From Actinomycetota bacterium (lineage in GTDB: Bacteria > Actinomycetota > UBA4738): a DNA stretch of 64,000 bases. The notes below the pieces were generated by a model that saw only the letters and a program-made list of their open reading frames with translations, made no database searches and was not told where the DNA came from. Where the stretch lies: contig DATABA010000031.1 of NCBI GenBank assembly GCA_036259835.1, forward strand, positions 472 to 64,471, given 5' to 3'. Below, piece by piece: positions 8,450 through 17,562 of this stretch (the first letter of the stretch is position 1; each line of letters begins with the position of its first letter). The position numbers and the translations under genes were made by a program.

Positions 8450-10442
8450 AGCGGTTCTCGAAGCGTCGCGAGCGGAATCGGAAACCCCCGGACGACGGGT
8501 GCGTGCTCGTCGCATCGCCACCGCGGTCCTGTTCCCGTTGGTCCTCGTTGCGTTCTACGTCGTGATCTACCCGGCCAGGGGCGTCGAGGTCGCTCTGGGT
8601 TCCGACACGCCGGTCTACGTGTGGTGGGCCCGGCGGGCCGGCGCGCTCGGACTGAGCGCCTTCCAGGCCGGGTCTCGTCCGGGGATCGTGGCCCCGCTGG
8701 CAGCGATGGCCGACGTCCTTCGAATTCCGGTCGCCGGCGTCGTGTCGGCCATTGGTCCGGCCCTTGCGACCTCTCTAGGGTTCGCCGTGGCCGCCTTCGT
8801 CGACCTCGCTCTCGGACGCGATCCGTTTCGGTTCGTGCTGACCGCGGTGTTCACCGCGACCTTCCTGTCGCTTCTCGTCGCCGGGTACTTTTCGACCCTC
8901 GCCTTCGGGCTGCTCTTCGTGGCAGCACTGGCGTGCCTCCTCACGCGCGCCCACGCGCTGGCGGAGAAGGACCATCGCCGGGCAGCAACCGTTGCGACGG
9001 TCTTGCTCTTCGCCGTCGCAGTCATGGCCCACCCCCAGTTCCTGATATTCGGAGCGGTGGTGGTCACCGGCTCGGTGATCGCTCTGATTCCGAGCGTTCA
9101 GCGCGACCGTCGCGCCGGCCTTCCTCTGTTTCGCACAACTGCCGCGTGGACGGCGGGGACATTTGTGCTTGGCACGGCCGCGGGCGCGGGTGCGGTGGCA
9201 GCCATCGGCGCGGCGGCCCGGGCGCACTCCGACACGTCTCGAGACGCGATCCTCCGCCGCCTTCGTCTCTCGTCCTTGACGAACGAGTCGTATCGCGAAG
9301 TGCTCCGCCGGTTTTTCCCCTGGTTCCGAGTCCTCACTGTGGGTGGACTGGCTGCCACACCGCTATTCGTTCGCAGGAACCCATCTCCAGAGTCAAACGC
9401 GGCGACCGATCGCCGGCACCTGTTTTGGGGAGCCGTCGCGGGGTGGGGCGGCGTGACGGTGATCGCGGTCGTGGCCCTGATCGTCGGTATCCGGAGCCCG
9501 GGGCAGCGCCTCGCCGCGTTCTGCCTCCCGCTGCCAATCCTCGGTGCCCTGGGACTCCGAGAGGTTCACCACAGGCTCGCCGGTGAAGAGAGGAAAGCAC
9601 TGGCCTCTCGGGTCCTCGTCCTCGCCGGTGCTCTCTGGGTGGTCGTCGCCTTCATGGGGTGGGGCAAGCTCCAGCCGCTGGTCTCGGGCGAATCGGCGGC
9701 GCAGTTCGAAAGGGCAGGGCGTGCACTGGCTGCGCAACCGAAAGGAACGCCGCTCATCTTGGTCGTCCATGACTTCATGGAGGACCCCGGCATTCGAACC
9801 ACGCGCTACACGAATTACCTTCGAGCAGTGGTCCCGCCTGCCCGTATGACCGACGTGCACCTCTTTTGGGGCGCGCCGCGGGATTTTCTGTCCCGACGGC
9901 CGACGTTGATCGGACGGTTCGAACACGACCGGCTCGCCGAGGCGTACTGGAACGCCGTCCGTCGCATTCTCGGTCAGCGACCGGTGGCCGTCGCGTTTCG
10001 AGGGCTTGATCCGCAGGGCTACGCGCAGGCCATCAGGTTGGGCGGCCGAGAGCTCGGTCCGGATGTCGCCGTCCTCCCCGGCTTCTCGGGAACCGAGCGT
10101 TCGGAACCCCTGCCTTCGGAATGGACAGACGTGGGGGCCGGACCGATCTCTCCGTGGCTTCCCGTCTGGCTCTCTCCGGTGCTTCTCGCGGCGTTGGCGC
10201 TGATCGGGTGGCCTGTGGCCGCGGCCTGTCTTCCACAGGCCGACCGCGTCATTCAGTGGTCGCTCGCTCCAGCCCTGGGGCTTGCCACCTTGGGACTCAC
10301 GTCATGGATCGTCGACACCGCGGGATTCAGGTTGGCGAACGGAGGAGGAACACTCGCTGCAGTGCTTGCGATCGCAAGCGGTTTGGCGGCCTGGCTCTGG
10401 GCCCGACAAGCTAAAGCGACGGCGGTTGCTTCGGTCCGCTAG
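8433..10442 (+). CDS. Large polytopic membrane protein, paralog of 4351..6357
   Basis: 669 aa with the same TM / soluble domain / TM architecture and the same conserved blocks as the 668-aa ORF. It overlaps the epimerase stop by 17 nt. Confidence 0.55.
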   Translation: MAMRPEAVLEASRAESETPGRRVRARRIATAVLFPLVLVAFYVVIYPARGVEVALGSDTPVYVWWARRAGALGLSAFQAGSRPGIVAPLAAMADVLRIPVAGVVSAIGPALATSLGFAVAAFVDLALGRDPFRFVLTAVFTATFLSLLVAGYFSTLAFGLLFVAALACLLTRAHALAEKDHRRAATVATVLLFAVAVMAHPQFLIFGAVVVTGSVIALIPSVQRDRRAGLPLFRTTAAWTAGTFVLGTAAGAGAVAAIGAAARAHSDTSRDAILRRLRLSSLTNESYREVLRRFFPWFRVLTVGGLAATPLFVRRNPSPESNAATDRRHLFWGAVAGWGGVTVIAVVALIVGIRSPGQRLAAFCLPLPILGALGLREVHHRLAGEERKALASRVLVLAGALWVVVAFMGWGKLQPLVSGESAAQFERAGRALAAQPKGTPLILVVHDFMEDPGIRTTRYTNYLRAVVPPARMTDVHLFWGAPRDFLSRRPTLIGRFEHDRLAEAYWNAVRRILGQRPVAVAFRGLDPQGYAQAIRLGGRELGPDVAVLPGFSGTERSEPLPSEWTDVGAGPISPWLPVWLSPVLLAALALIGWPVAAACLPQADRVIQWSLAPALGLATLGLTSWIVDTAGFRLANGGGTLAAVLAIASGLAAWLWARQAKATAVASVR

Positions 10443-11074
10443 AGCTCCGGAAGAGCTTTGAGGAGACGGCGAACTGCCTCGGCAGGGTCGTCTGCTTCCG
10501 TGACGGCCCGAACGACAACGATGCGCCTAGCCCCGGCCTCGACCACGTCCGGGAGCGTCTCCTCGTTGATCCCGCCAATCGCGAACCACGGGCGGTCTTC
10601 GCGATCAACCGCGAAGCGAACGTAGTCGAGTCCGGTGCCTGGGCGTCCCTCTTTCGTCGGTGTCTCAAAGACGGGTCCGACGCAGACGTAATCCGCGTCC
10701 GGCGGCGCCGCCTCGAGCTGCTCCGGGTCATGCGTCGACAGGCCGAGGAGCTTCTCACGCCCAACGAACCGACGAGACGCTTCCACAGGAAGATCGTTCT
10801 GTCCGACGTGGACTCCATCCGCTTCGAGCACCGCCGCCACGTCCGGACGATCGTTCACGAAGAAAAGCGCGTCGTGTTTGGCCGCCTGCTTCCTGAACGT
10901 CTCCCCCCACCGAAGAAGATCCCCCGCTTCGGCGTCCTTGTCTCTCAGCTGGATGATGTCGGCGCCGGCAGAGAGCACCGTGTCGAGAAATGCAGAGAGG
11001 TCGCCTCGAGATTGACGCCCATCCGTGACCACGTAGAGCCGCGCCCGAGCGAGTCGTTCTCTTCGATCCATCAA
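10439..11074 (-). CDS. thiE: Thiamine-phosphate synthase
   Basis: RARLYVVTDGR.. at the N-terminus, ..IIQLRDK.., ..VHVGQNDLP.., ..FAIGGI... 211 aa, last gene of the thi operon. Confidence 0.9.
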   Translation of the reverse strand: MMDRRERLARARLYVVTDGRQSRGDLSAFLDTVLSAGADIIQLRDKDAEAGDLLRWGETFRKQAAKHDALFFVNDRPDVAAVLEADGVHVGQNDLPVEASRRFVGREKLLGLSTHDPEQLEAAPPDADYVCVGPVFETPTKEGRPGTGLDYVRFAVDREDRPWFAIGGINEETLPDVVEAGARRIVVVRAVTEADDPAEAVRRLLKALPEL

Positions 11075-11286
11075 CCACCGGCAACGGCTCGGACCAGCTC
11101 GAGCCGGTCGCCGTCGCCTAACCGAACCTCCTCATACCTCGTGCGCTCGAGCGGTTCGCCGTTGTGCTCCACCACCACGAACTGTGGATCCAGGTCCCGG
11201 TCGCGGACGAATGCGGCGACGGTCGTTCCCGCGGGCACCTCGTAGGTCTTTCCGTTGGCCGTTACGCGCACACTGGCGACGCCCAT
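11071..11286 (-). CDS. thiS: Sulfur carrier protein ThiS
   Basis: 71-aa ubiquitin-like protein ending ..LELVRAVAGG (C-terminal GG). This is the internal Met of track ORF 11071..11583. It overlaps the thiE start by 4 nt. Confidence 0.85.
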   Translation of the reverse strand: MGVASVRVTANGKTYEVPAGTTVAAFVRDRDLDPQFVVVEHNGEPLERTRYEEVRLGDGDRLELVRAVAGG

Positions 11287-11311
11287 ACCGGCGCCATTCC
11301 TCCCGCTCGCC

Positions 11312-12463
11312 TCAGCGACCACCCTTCGAAAGCATCGATTCGGTCGCCGGAAGGACCTCTCCCCAGTCCTCCCACACCGGTTCGTACCCGAGTTCACGCA
11401 ACCGCGCGGCAACCTGCCCCGGTGAACGGAGATCGGCCACTTCGAATTGCTCCGTGGCCTCCTTCGGCTTGGTGTATCCGCCGGGCTCGGAGTGAGAGCC
11501 GGCGCTGGTGTGGGTGACCCCGATCTGGAATAGACCGTCACGGAATTCGGGCGCCTCGCGAGCCGAGATGACGATGCCGGCATCCGGAAGTGTCAGCCGC
11601 AACGCGCAGATGAGTTGAACGAGCTCGGCATCCTCGATCGGATTTTGCGGCTGGTATCCGGCCGCCGACGGCCGAAGGCGCGGAATGCTCACCGTCACCT
11701 GGGTCCGCCAGTAGTGCTTCATCAGGAATCGAGCGTGCGCGGCCATCGCGATGGCCTCGTACCGCCAGTCGTCGTGGAGTCCAAGGAGCGCCCCGATACC
11801 GACGCGGCGCATCCCGGCCCGAGCCGCACGTTCCGGTCCGAGGAGCCGCCAGTCGTAGTGCCGCTTCTTCCCGGCCAGGTGAACCTTCGAGTACGTCTCG
11901 GGATGGTACGTCTCTTGATAGATCACCACCGCCTCGCAACCGGCCGCGGCCAGGCGCCGGTATTCCTCCTCGCTCCATACCTGAACCTCGATGGCGATGG
12001 ACGGAACTTCGTTCGACAGCAGCCGGATTCGTTCCTCCAGGAACTCCACGCCGGTGAGCTTCTGGTGCTCTCCTGTCAGGAGCAGGATCGAACGAAATCC
12101 CTGCCGCAAGAGGTGACGCGCTTCGGCGAGGGTTTCGTCAGGCGTGAGCGTCTTCCGGGCGATGGGAAGCTCGCGGGCGAAGCCGCAGTAAACACACGTG
12201 GTGAGGCACTCGTTCGAGAGATAGAGCGGCGCGTACATGTGCATGGTCCGGCCGAACCGTGCGAGTGTCAGCCGCCGGGATGCCTGGGCCAGGGCCTCGA
12301 GCCGCGCTCGGGCCGAGGGCGAGAGGAGCGCCGCGAAATCGAACAGCGTTCGTTCCAGCGGGGGCGCGTCGAGCGCGCGCTCCACTCGATCCGCTGGCGC
12401 CGTCCGTGCCTCGTCCACCAACCGATCCAATGGAAGGGTCGAGAGTGCCTCGGCGAACGTCAC
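11312..12463 (-). CDS. thiH: 2-iminoacetate synthase (tyrosine lyase) ThiH, radical SAM
   Basis: Radical-SAM CxxxCxxC motif ([10 protein letters not shown]), 383 aa, located between thiG and thiS. A GTGA overlap joins it to the thiG stop. Confidence 0.85.
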   Translation of the reverse strand: MTFAEALSTLPLDRLVDEARTAPADRVERALDAPPLERTLFDFAALLSPSARARLEALAQASRRLTLARFGRTMHMYAPLYLSNECLTTCVYCGFARELPIARKTLTPDETLAEARHLLRQGFRSILLLTGEHQKLTGVEFLEERIRLLSNEVPSIAIEVQVWSEEEYRRLAAAGCEAVVIYQETYHPETYSKVHLAGKKRHYDWRLLGPERAARAGMRRVGIGALLGLHDDWRYEAIAMAAHARFLMKHYWRTQVTVSIPRLRPSAAGYQPQNPIEDAELVQLICALRLTLPDAGIVISAREAPEFRDGLFQIGVTHTSAGSHSEPGGYTKPKEATEQFEVADLRSPGQVAARLRELGYEPVWEDWGEVLPATESMLSKGGR

Positions 12464-13323
12464 TGCGGCGTCACCGCCGGGTCGGCCTGAGAGCTATGCA
12501 GCTTGTCCAGGAAGCCCGTAAGCGGACTGGAGGCCTCGGCGGCCTCCCTTGCCGGACCGAGGCCAGCGCGATGCGCCTGGCGACCGGCTTCGACCCCGAG
12601 GCGGAACGCCCGCGCCATCTCGACCGGGTCGGTCGCGACGGCAATGGCCGTGTTGACCAGCACGGCATCCGCGCCCATCTCCATGGCTTCGGCTGCGTGG
12701 GACGGCGCACCCAGGCCGGCGTCGACGACGACCGGAACCGTGGCCTGCTCCAGGATGATCTGGATCGCGTCGCGAGTCCTCATGCCCTTGTTCGACCCGA
12801 TCCACGACCCGAGGGGCATGACCGTGGCGCATCCGGCGTCCTCGAGTCGCTTCGCCAGAACCGGGTCGGCGTTGATGTACGGAAGCACCGCGAAGCCCTC
12901 GGCAACGAGCATCTCGGCGGCCTTCAGCGTCTCGACCGGGTCCGGGAGCAGATACCGCGGTTCCGGCGTCACTTCGAGCTTCACCCACGGCGGCATCCCC
13001 GCCGCCCGTGCCAGACGGGCCAGTCGAACCGCCTCCTCCGCGTCCACGGCGCCAGAGGTGTTGGGCAGCAGCAACACGCGCTCCTGATCGATGAACTCCA
13101 GGATGTCGGGACCGCCGGTCGCCTCCAGATCGACGCGTCGCAATGCGACCGTCACCATCTCCGTCCCCGAGGCAGCAATGGCGTCTCGCATCACCGAGAA
13201 CGAGCCGAACTTGCCGGTCCCGATGATCAGGCGCGACCGAAAGGATCGGCCCGCGATCATCAACAGGTCTGAGGTGAGGTCGCCCTCGGGCGGGCCATTG
13301 TCGGAAGCCCCTGTGCCCCTCAT
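12460..13323 (-). CDS. thiG: Thiazole synthase ThiG (start uncertain: 13323 or 13260)
   Basis: Conserved ..[18 protein letters not shown].., ..VKLEV.., ..[11 protein letters not shown]... The track start (GTG 13338) lies inside the riboswitch P1 stem, so the ATG at 13323 is preferred. Confidence 0.9.
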   Translation of the reverse strand: MRGTGASDNGPPEGDLTSDLLMIAGRSFRSRLIIGTGKFGSFSVMRDAIAASGTEMVTVALRRVDLEATGGPDILEFIDQERVLLLPNTSGAVDAEEAVRLARLARAAGMPPWVKLEVTPEPRYLLPDPVETLKAAEMLVAEGFAVLPYINADPVLAKRLEDAGCATVMPLGSWIGSNKGMRTRDAIQIILEQATVPVVVDAGLGAPSHAAEAMEMGADAVLVNTAIAVATDPVEMARAFRLGVEAGRQAHRAGLGPAREAAEASSPLTGFLDKLHSSQADPAVTPQ

Positions 13324-13335
13324 TGAAATCCGAAT

Positions 13336-13423
13336 CACTCCCTTCGCCGGTGTTACCCGGATCAGGTTCCACGGGTCGCCGGCGCGTCCAGCCGGCCTCT
13401 CAGCCCGGTTGCCCGAGCTCCCC
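13336..13423 (-). promoter_or_regulatory. TPP (THI-box) riboswitch upstream of thiGHSE
   Basis: The minus strand reads GGGGAGCUCGGGCAACCGGGCUGAGAGGCCGG...GACCCGUGGAACCUGAUCCGGGUAACACCGGCGAAGGGAG. It contains the invariant CUGAGA and ACCUGAUCCGGGUAA(U/C)ACCGGCG(U/A)AGGGA elements. Confidence 0.85.
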
Positions 13424-13544
13424 GGAATAGCTCCCAGTCGAATCGATTATACGAGCGCGAACTGACTCGCTCTCGGCTCCCAGAGATCGCGTTTTCCTCC
13501 CATACAATCCGAACAAATCCACTGCTGGAGCGTGGAAGGACGTC

Positions 13545-15374
13545 GTGTCGCTGATCGCCCCAACCATCGAAGATCGGTATCAGATCGTCACGAAGGTCGC
13601 CTCCGGCGGGATGGGTGTTGTCTACCGCGGCCACGATCCCATTCTCCTTCGCGATGTCGCGATCAAGGTTCTCCACCCTCACCTCGCGGGCGACCACGGG
13701 TTTGTCGACCGGTTCCGCCGTGAAGCTCGCGCGGCCGGAATCCTGAACCACCCGAACATCGTCGGGGTGTACGACTGGGGTTCGACCGACGGCACGTACT
13801 TCATGGTCATGGAGTTCGTTCCGGGGGTGAACCTTCGCGCGGTTCTCACGGCGGCGCGTCGCCTCCAGCCAATGCAGGTGGTCGAAGTGGCCATTCCGGT
13901 CCTCCGGGCGCTCGAGCACGCGCACAAGCACGGAATCGTGCACCGCGACATCAAGCCCGAGAACATCCTGATCGCCCAAGCGGGCGGCGTGAAGGTCGCG
14001 GACTTCGGTCTGGCCCGGGCGTACGCGGAGTCGTCGGTCAGCCAGACCGATGGAATGGTCACCGGGACCGTGCAGTACCTGGCTCCCGAGCAGATTCAAG
14101 GCAGTCCTGCCGATCCCCGAACCGATCTCTACGCGCTCGGCATCGTGATGTTCGAGATGCTGACCGGACGGGCGCCGTTCTCGGGCGAGACGTCACTGGC
14201 CATCGCGTACAAGCATCTGGCCACTCAGGTCCCGCCGCCCTCCTCGGTCGCGCCGGGGATCCCCCCGCACCTGGACCAGTTTGTTCTGTGGGCGACGGCC
14301 AAGAACCGCGACGCCAGACCGCCCTCCGCCAGAGCGCTGGGTCGCGAGCTCGAGCGAACGGTCCGGACGCTTCCACGAGCCCCCAGGGTGATCGAGGTCG
14401 CCTCGGAGACGTCTCCGGCCGAACCGCCGAGCGAGGAGCGGGCAACGACTGTCACCATTCCACGCCTCGCGCCGCCTCCACCACGCAAGCGACGGCGAGG
14501 TTGGGTGCTGGTCCCGGCCATTCTTGGAGCGCTGGGGCTCCTCGGCGGAACGGCCTGGGCGGCCTGGGCCTATCTGGTTCCTCACTACACGCGCATCCCG
14601 GACGTCTACGGGCTGACGGTCCAGCAGGCCGAACACCGGCTGGAAGCGGCCGGGCTCGACCCTCGAAACGGTGCGGGGGTGTTCTCTCGGACCGTACCGG
14701 CCGGGCAGATCGTCCTGACCAAGCCGCCCTCGGGTGTTCGGGTCGAGAAAGGCGATGAGGTGGTCCTCGTCCCGTCCGTCGGGCCTGAGCTCCGTCCGGT
14801 TCCCGGTGTGGAGGGAAAGCGCGAGGCCGCGGCAACCAGACTGCTCGAGAGGGCCGGTTTCGAGCCGAAAGTGAAGCGCGCCTACGACGACGAAGTCCCG
14901 CCGGGCAGGGTCATTCGGCAGAGCACGGAAGAGGGTGTGCGGCTCGAACGTGGCGCCCCGGTAACCATCACCATCAGCCGGGGTCCCGCGCCGGTCGAAA
15001 TCCCGGAGCTTGCCGGCCGACAGGCTTCGGAGGCCGCGCTCACGTTGGAAACGCTCGGCTTCGAAGTCGACGAAACCGAGGAGTTCTCCGTAGAAGTCGA
15101 GCGCGGTCTGGTGATCCGGACGCAGCCAGACGCCGGACAGAAGGAACTTCCGGGCTCCACCGTCACCATCGTGATCTCGAAAGGACCGCGGCAATTCACG
15201 ATGCCGAACGTCGTCGGCATGACCGTGGTCGATGCTCGGGCCGAACTCGAAGGACGCGGGCTGCACGTCAAGGTGATCCGCCTGCCCGGATTCCAGGGAA
15301 CGGACGTCCAGCTTCAGCGTCCCGACGCGGGGGCGACGGTGCGGGAAGGCGAAGAGGTCTCTATCTACGCCTGA
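13545..15374 (+). CDS. Ser/Thr protein kinase with four extracellular PASTA domains (PknB-like)
   Basis: Hanks kinase motifs are present (GGMGVVYRG, AIKVL, HRDIKPENIL, DFGLA, APEQ). One TM helix (GWVLVPAILGALGLLGGTAWAAWAYLV) is followed by four PASTA-like repeats of about 65 aa. SD GGAAGGA lies upstream of the GTG start. Confidence 0.9.
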   Translation: MSLIAPTIEDRYQIVTKVASGGMGVVYRGHDPILLRDVAIKVLHPHLAGDHGFVDRFRREARAAGILNHPNIVGVYDWGSTDGTYFMVMEFVPGVNLRAVLTAARRLQPMQVVEVAIPVLRALEHAHKHGIVHRDIKPENILIAQAGGVKVADFGLARAYAESSVSQTDGMVTGTVQYLAPEQIQGSPADPRTDLYALGIVMFEMLTGRAPFSGETSLAIAYKHLATQVPPPSSVAPGIPPHLDQFVLWATAKNRDARPPSARALGRELERTVRTLPRAPRVIEVASETSPAEPPSEERATTVTIPRLAPPPPRKRRRGWVLVPAILGALGLLGGTAWAAWAYLVPHYTRIPDVYGLTVQQAEHRLEAAGLDPRNGAGVFSRTVPAGQIVLTKPPSGVRVEKGDEVVLVPSVGPELRPVPGVEGKREAAATRLLERAGFEPKVKRAYDDEVPPGRVIRQSTEEGVRLERGAPVTITISRGPAPVEIPELAGRQASEAALTLETLGFEVDETEEFSVEVERGLVIRTQPDAGQKELPGSTVTIVISKGPRQFTMPNVVGMTVVDARAELEGRGLHVKVIRLPGFQGTDVQLQRPDAGATVREGEEVSIYA

Positions 15375-15381
15375 GCGGATC

Positions 15382-16224
15382 CTGATCGGAGCCCACGTAC
15401 CGACTAGAGGCGGGCTGGTCGGTGCCATCGAGTCCGCCAAGGCATGCGGCGCCGAGACCGCCCAGATCTGGGGCTCCAACCCGAGAGCGTGGGCCCACCC
15501 GAGCGTGAACGATTCGCTCAGGCGGCAATTCGTGGAGGGATGGCGTGAAGCCGGACTCGGACCACTGTTCGTCCATTCGCCCTATATGGTCAACGTCGCG
15601 TCCCCGAATCAGGATTTTCGACGCCGTTCGGTCGAGCTGGCGCGGGCGACCGTGTCGCTGGCTGAGGACATCGAGGCGTCGGGCGTCGTCGTTCATGCCG
15701 GCGCCGGCGGCGCGGGCACGCCTCGGGCGCAAGCCGTCCGGGCCGCGGCCGATTCCCTCCGAGAAATCGCAGAGGAAGCGGACAGAACTCGCGTTCTGAT
15801 CGAATTGACCGCCGGAGGCGCCGGAACGGTCGCATCGACGTTCACGGAGGCCTCCGAGCTTTTCGACGCGGCCGGCGGAGAGCAACGTCTCGCGCTCTGC
15901 GTGGACACGTGCCACCTCTTCGCCAGGGGCTACGCCCTCGAATCCGACGATGGCGTCGCCGAGTGCTTCGGTGAGTTACGTCAGCTTGGGTTGGACGGGC
16001 GTCTCCACCTCGTCCACGCGAACGATTCGATGCACGAGCGCGGTCAGCGGCGGGACAGTCACACGCACATCGGGAAGGGACGTATCGGCGAGGACGGATT
16101 CAGGGCGATCCTCGCCGATGCGTCCGTCAAGCGCTGCCCGGTGCTCTGCGAGACGCCGGGACGCCTCGAAGACCACGCGCGCAACATCGCGACGCTACGC
16201 CGCCTCAGCCCTTCCGGCGGTTAA
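15382..16224 (+). CDS. nfo: Endonuclease IV (deoxyribonuclease IV); apparent non-canonical start
   Basis: ..FVHSPYMVNVASP.., ..VVVHAG.., ..LCVDTCHLFARGY.., ..HLVHANDS... The conserved N-terminus (L)IGAHVPTRGGL lies upstream of the first ATG/GTG/TTG (15505). CTG at 15382 or ATC at 15379 is 5-8 nt after the kinase stop. Confidence 0.85.
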   Translation: MIGAHVPTRGGLVGAIESAKACGAETAQIWGSNPRAWAHPSVNDSLRRQFVEGWREAGLGPLFVHSPYMVNVASPNQDFRRRSVELARATVSLAEDIEASGVVVHAGAGGAGTPRAQAVRAAADSLREIAEEADRTRVLIELTAGGAGTVASTFTEASELFDAAGGEQRLALCVDTCHLFARGYALESDDGVAECFGELRQLGLDGRLHLVHANDSMHERGQRRDSHTHIGKGRIGEDGFRAILADASVKRCPVLCETPGRLEDHARNIATLRRLSPSGG

Positions 16225-16231
16225 CCCCGGA

Positions 16232-17065
16232 TCAGGCCCGCTCGAGCTCGCCTCTGAGCTGCGTGACGGTCAGGTTCTCCACGCGAGTCCTGAGGTCCAG
16301 GTACAGGACGATGGTGACGAGCGCGGAGAACGGCGCCGTGATGATTTGTCCGATCGTCTGCATGATCAAAGCGAACGTCACGCTGTCCCCACCGATCCTC
16401 GTGAGGATGCTGTTGACCACCTGCACGATGATCGCGGCCACGACGACCACGCCGAACACGTGCCAGAAGTGTCCCTTGACGAGATTCCACGACCGCCCCA
16501 GCGCTTTGGTTCCCCGTTGCCCCTCCATCACGACAGAGGGAACCGCGACGGCGAGCATCGCCAGGAAGATCAGTCCGGGGATGATCAGGAGGAGGAACCC
16601 AACGCCCACGATGATGGCCACGAGGAACGACACCCACAGAACGCTCCCGAATCTCCGCAGACCCCATCGATAGCTGTCGCTGATGTCAACGCGCTCCCCG
16701 AGCGTGGCGCCGGCCGCCCCGCGAAGCAGCGCCGCCTGCAGGATCGCGTTGATGATCACGCCGATCGCAGCAGATATAAGCGCCGCGAGCAGGAACACGA
16801 ACAGCCCCGGTGACTCCTGAACCGTGAACGTTTGGCCGCCGATCGTCTGCGTCGTGGTGTCCGTGTCGGTAATGGCCCGCACGATGATGTAGCCAATGAT
16901 CGTGAGCGGGATGACCACGATGGCGACGATCGCGAAGAGCTGCAGGGCGTTCTTCCGGTAGATGTCGAGCGCGGTGCTGAAGATGTCGCCGAACGACCTC
17001 GGGGGGAGCGCCGGGTCGCCGGATGGCGGCGGTGGTACCGCGGGCGGTGGTGGTACGTCGGCCAT
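16232..17065 (-). CDS. Membrane protein with Pro-rich N-terminus (unknown function)
   Basis: 277 aa, beginning MADVPPPPAVPPPPSGDPALPP, then about 6 TM helices. Strong SD (GGAAGGAG, 7 nt spacer, ATG). Confidence 0.6.
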   Translation of the reverse strand: MADVPPPPAVPPPPSGDPALPPRSFGDIFSTALDIYRKNALQLFAIVAIVVIPLTIIGYIIVRAITDTDTTTQTIGGQTFTVQESPGLFVFLLAALISAAIGVIINAILQAALLRGAAGATLGERVDISDSYRWGLRRFGSVLWVSFLVAIIVGVGFLLLIIPGLIFLAMLAVAVPSVVMEGQRGTKALGRSWNLVKGHFWHVFGVVVVAAIIVQVVNSILTRIGGDSVTFALIMQTIGQIITAPFSALVTIVLYLDLRTRVENLTVTQLRGELERA

Positions 17066-17146
17066 GTGCTGGCTCCTTCCTGATTGGGTTGGTAGCGGCG
17101 GGAGTCTACCCGAGAAGGCTCCGGCCCGGTCAAACCGACCGGTGGT

Positions 17147-17548
17147 TCATTCTTGGTCGGCCGGTTCGAAGTCTCCCGAGATCTGTCGAAGAGCGACGAA
17201 CGCAAAGGCGTCGAGCGCCAGCGCGAGCAGCGCCGAAACAGGCTGCTTGAACAAGGCGAACAGCAGCAGGACGGCCGAGGACACGAGCAGCCACATGGCG
17301 AGCCGCCACCCCGTTCGCCGAATCACCCGAATACCCGCGACGATCTGCGAGACGCTGAACACGACCAGGAGCATCGCCAACAGGGCGAAGATCACGCCGG
17401 AGGTGGATGCCACCCCGAACAGGAAGTACGCGGTCAACAGACCCACGATGGCGCCCACGACGACCAGTGCCCCCACGCCGTTCGCCTGATTGACGGAGGT
17501 TCTGTTTCGCCGCCGCGCCTGCTCTTCCTGCGATCGTTCTTCCGCCAC
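17147..17548 (-). CDS. Small membrane protein (about 133 aa, 3-4 TM helices)
   Basis: The hydrophobic C-terminal two-thirds of track ORF 17147..17716. An internal GTG at 17548 is preceded by GGAGGA plus a 6 nt spacer. The longer form would overlap the upstream gene. Confidence 0.5.
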   Translation of the reverse strand: MAEERSQEEQARRRNRTSVNQANGVGALVVVGAIVGLLTAYFLFGVASTSGVIFALLAMLLVVFSVSQIVAGIRVIRRTGWRLAMWLLVSSAVLLLFALFKQPVSALLALALDAFAFVALRQISGDFEPADQE

Positions 17549-17562
17549 GTTGTTTCCTCCGG

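Noticed and set aside
14193-15479. 428-aa minus-strand ORF
   Set aside because: It lies antisense to the PASTA kinase and is Arg/Gly/Pro-rich.
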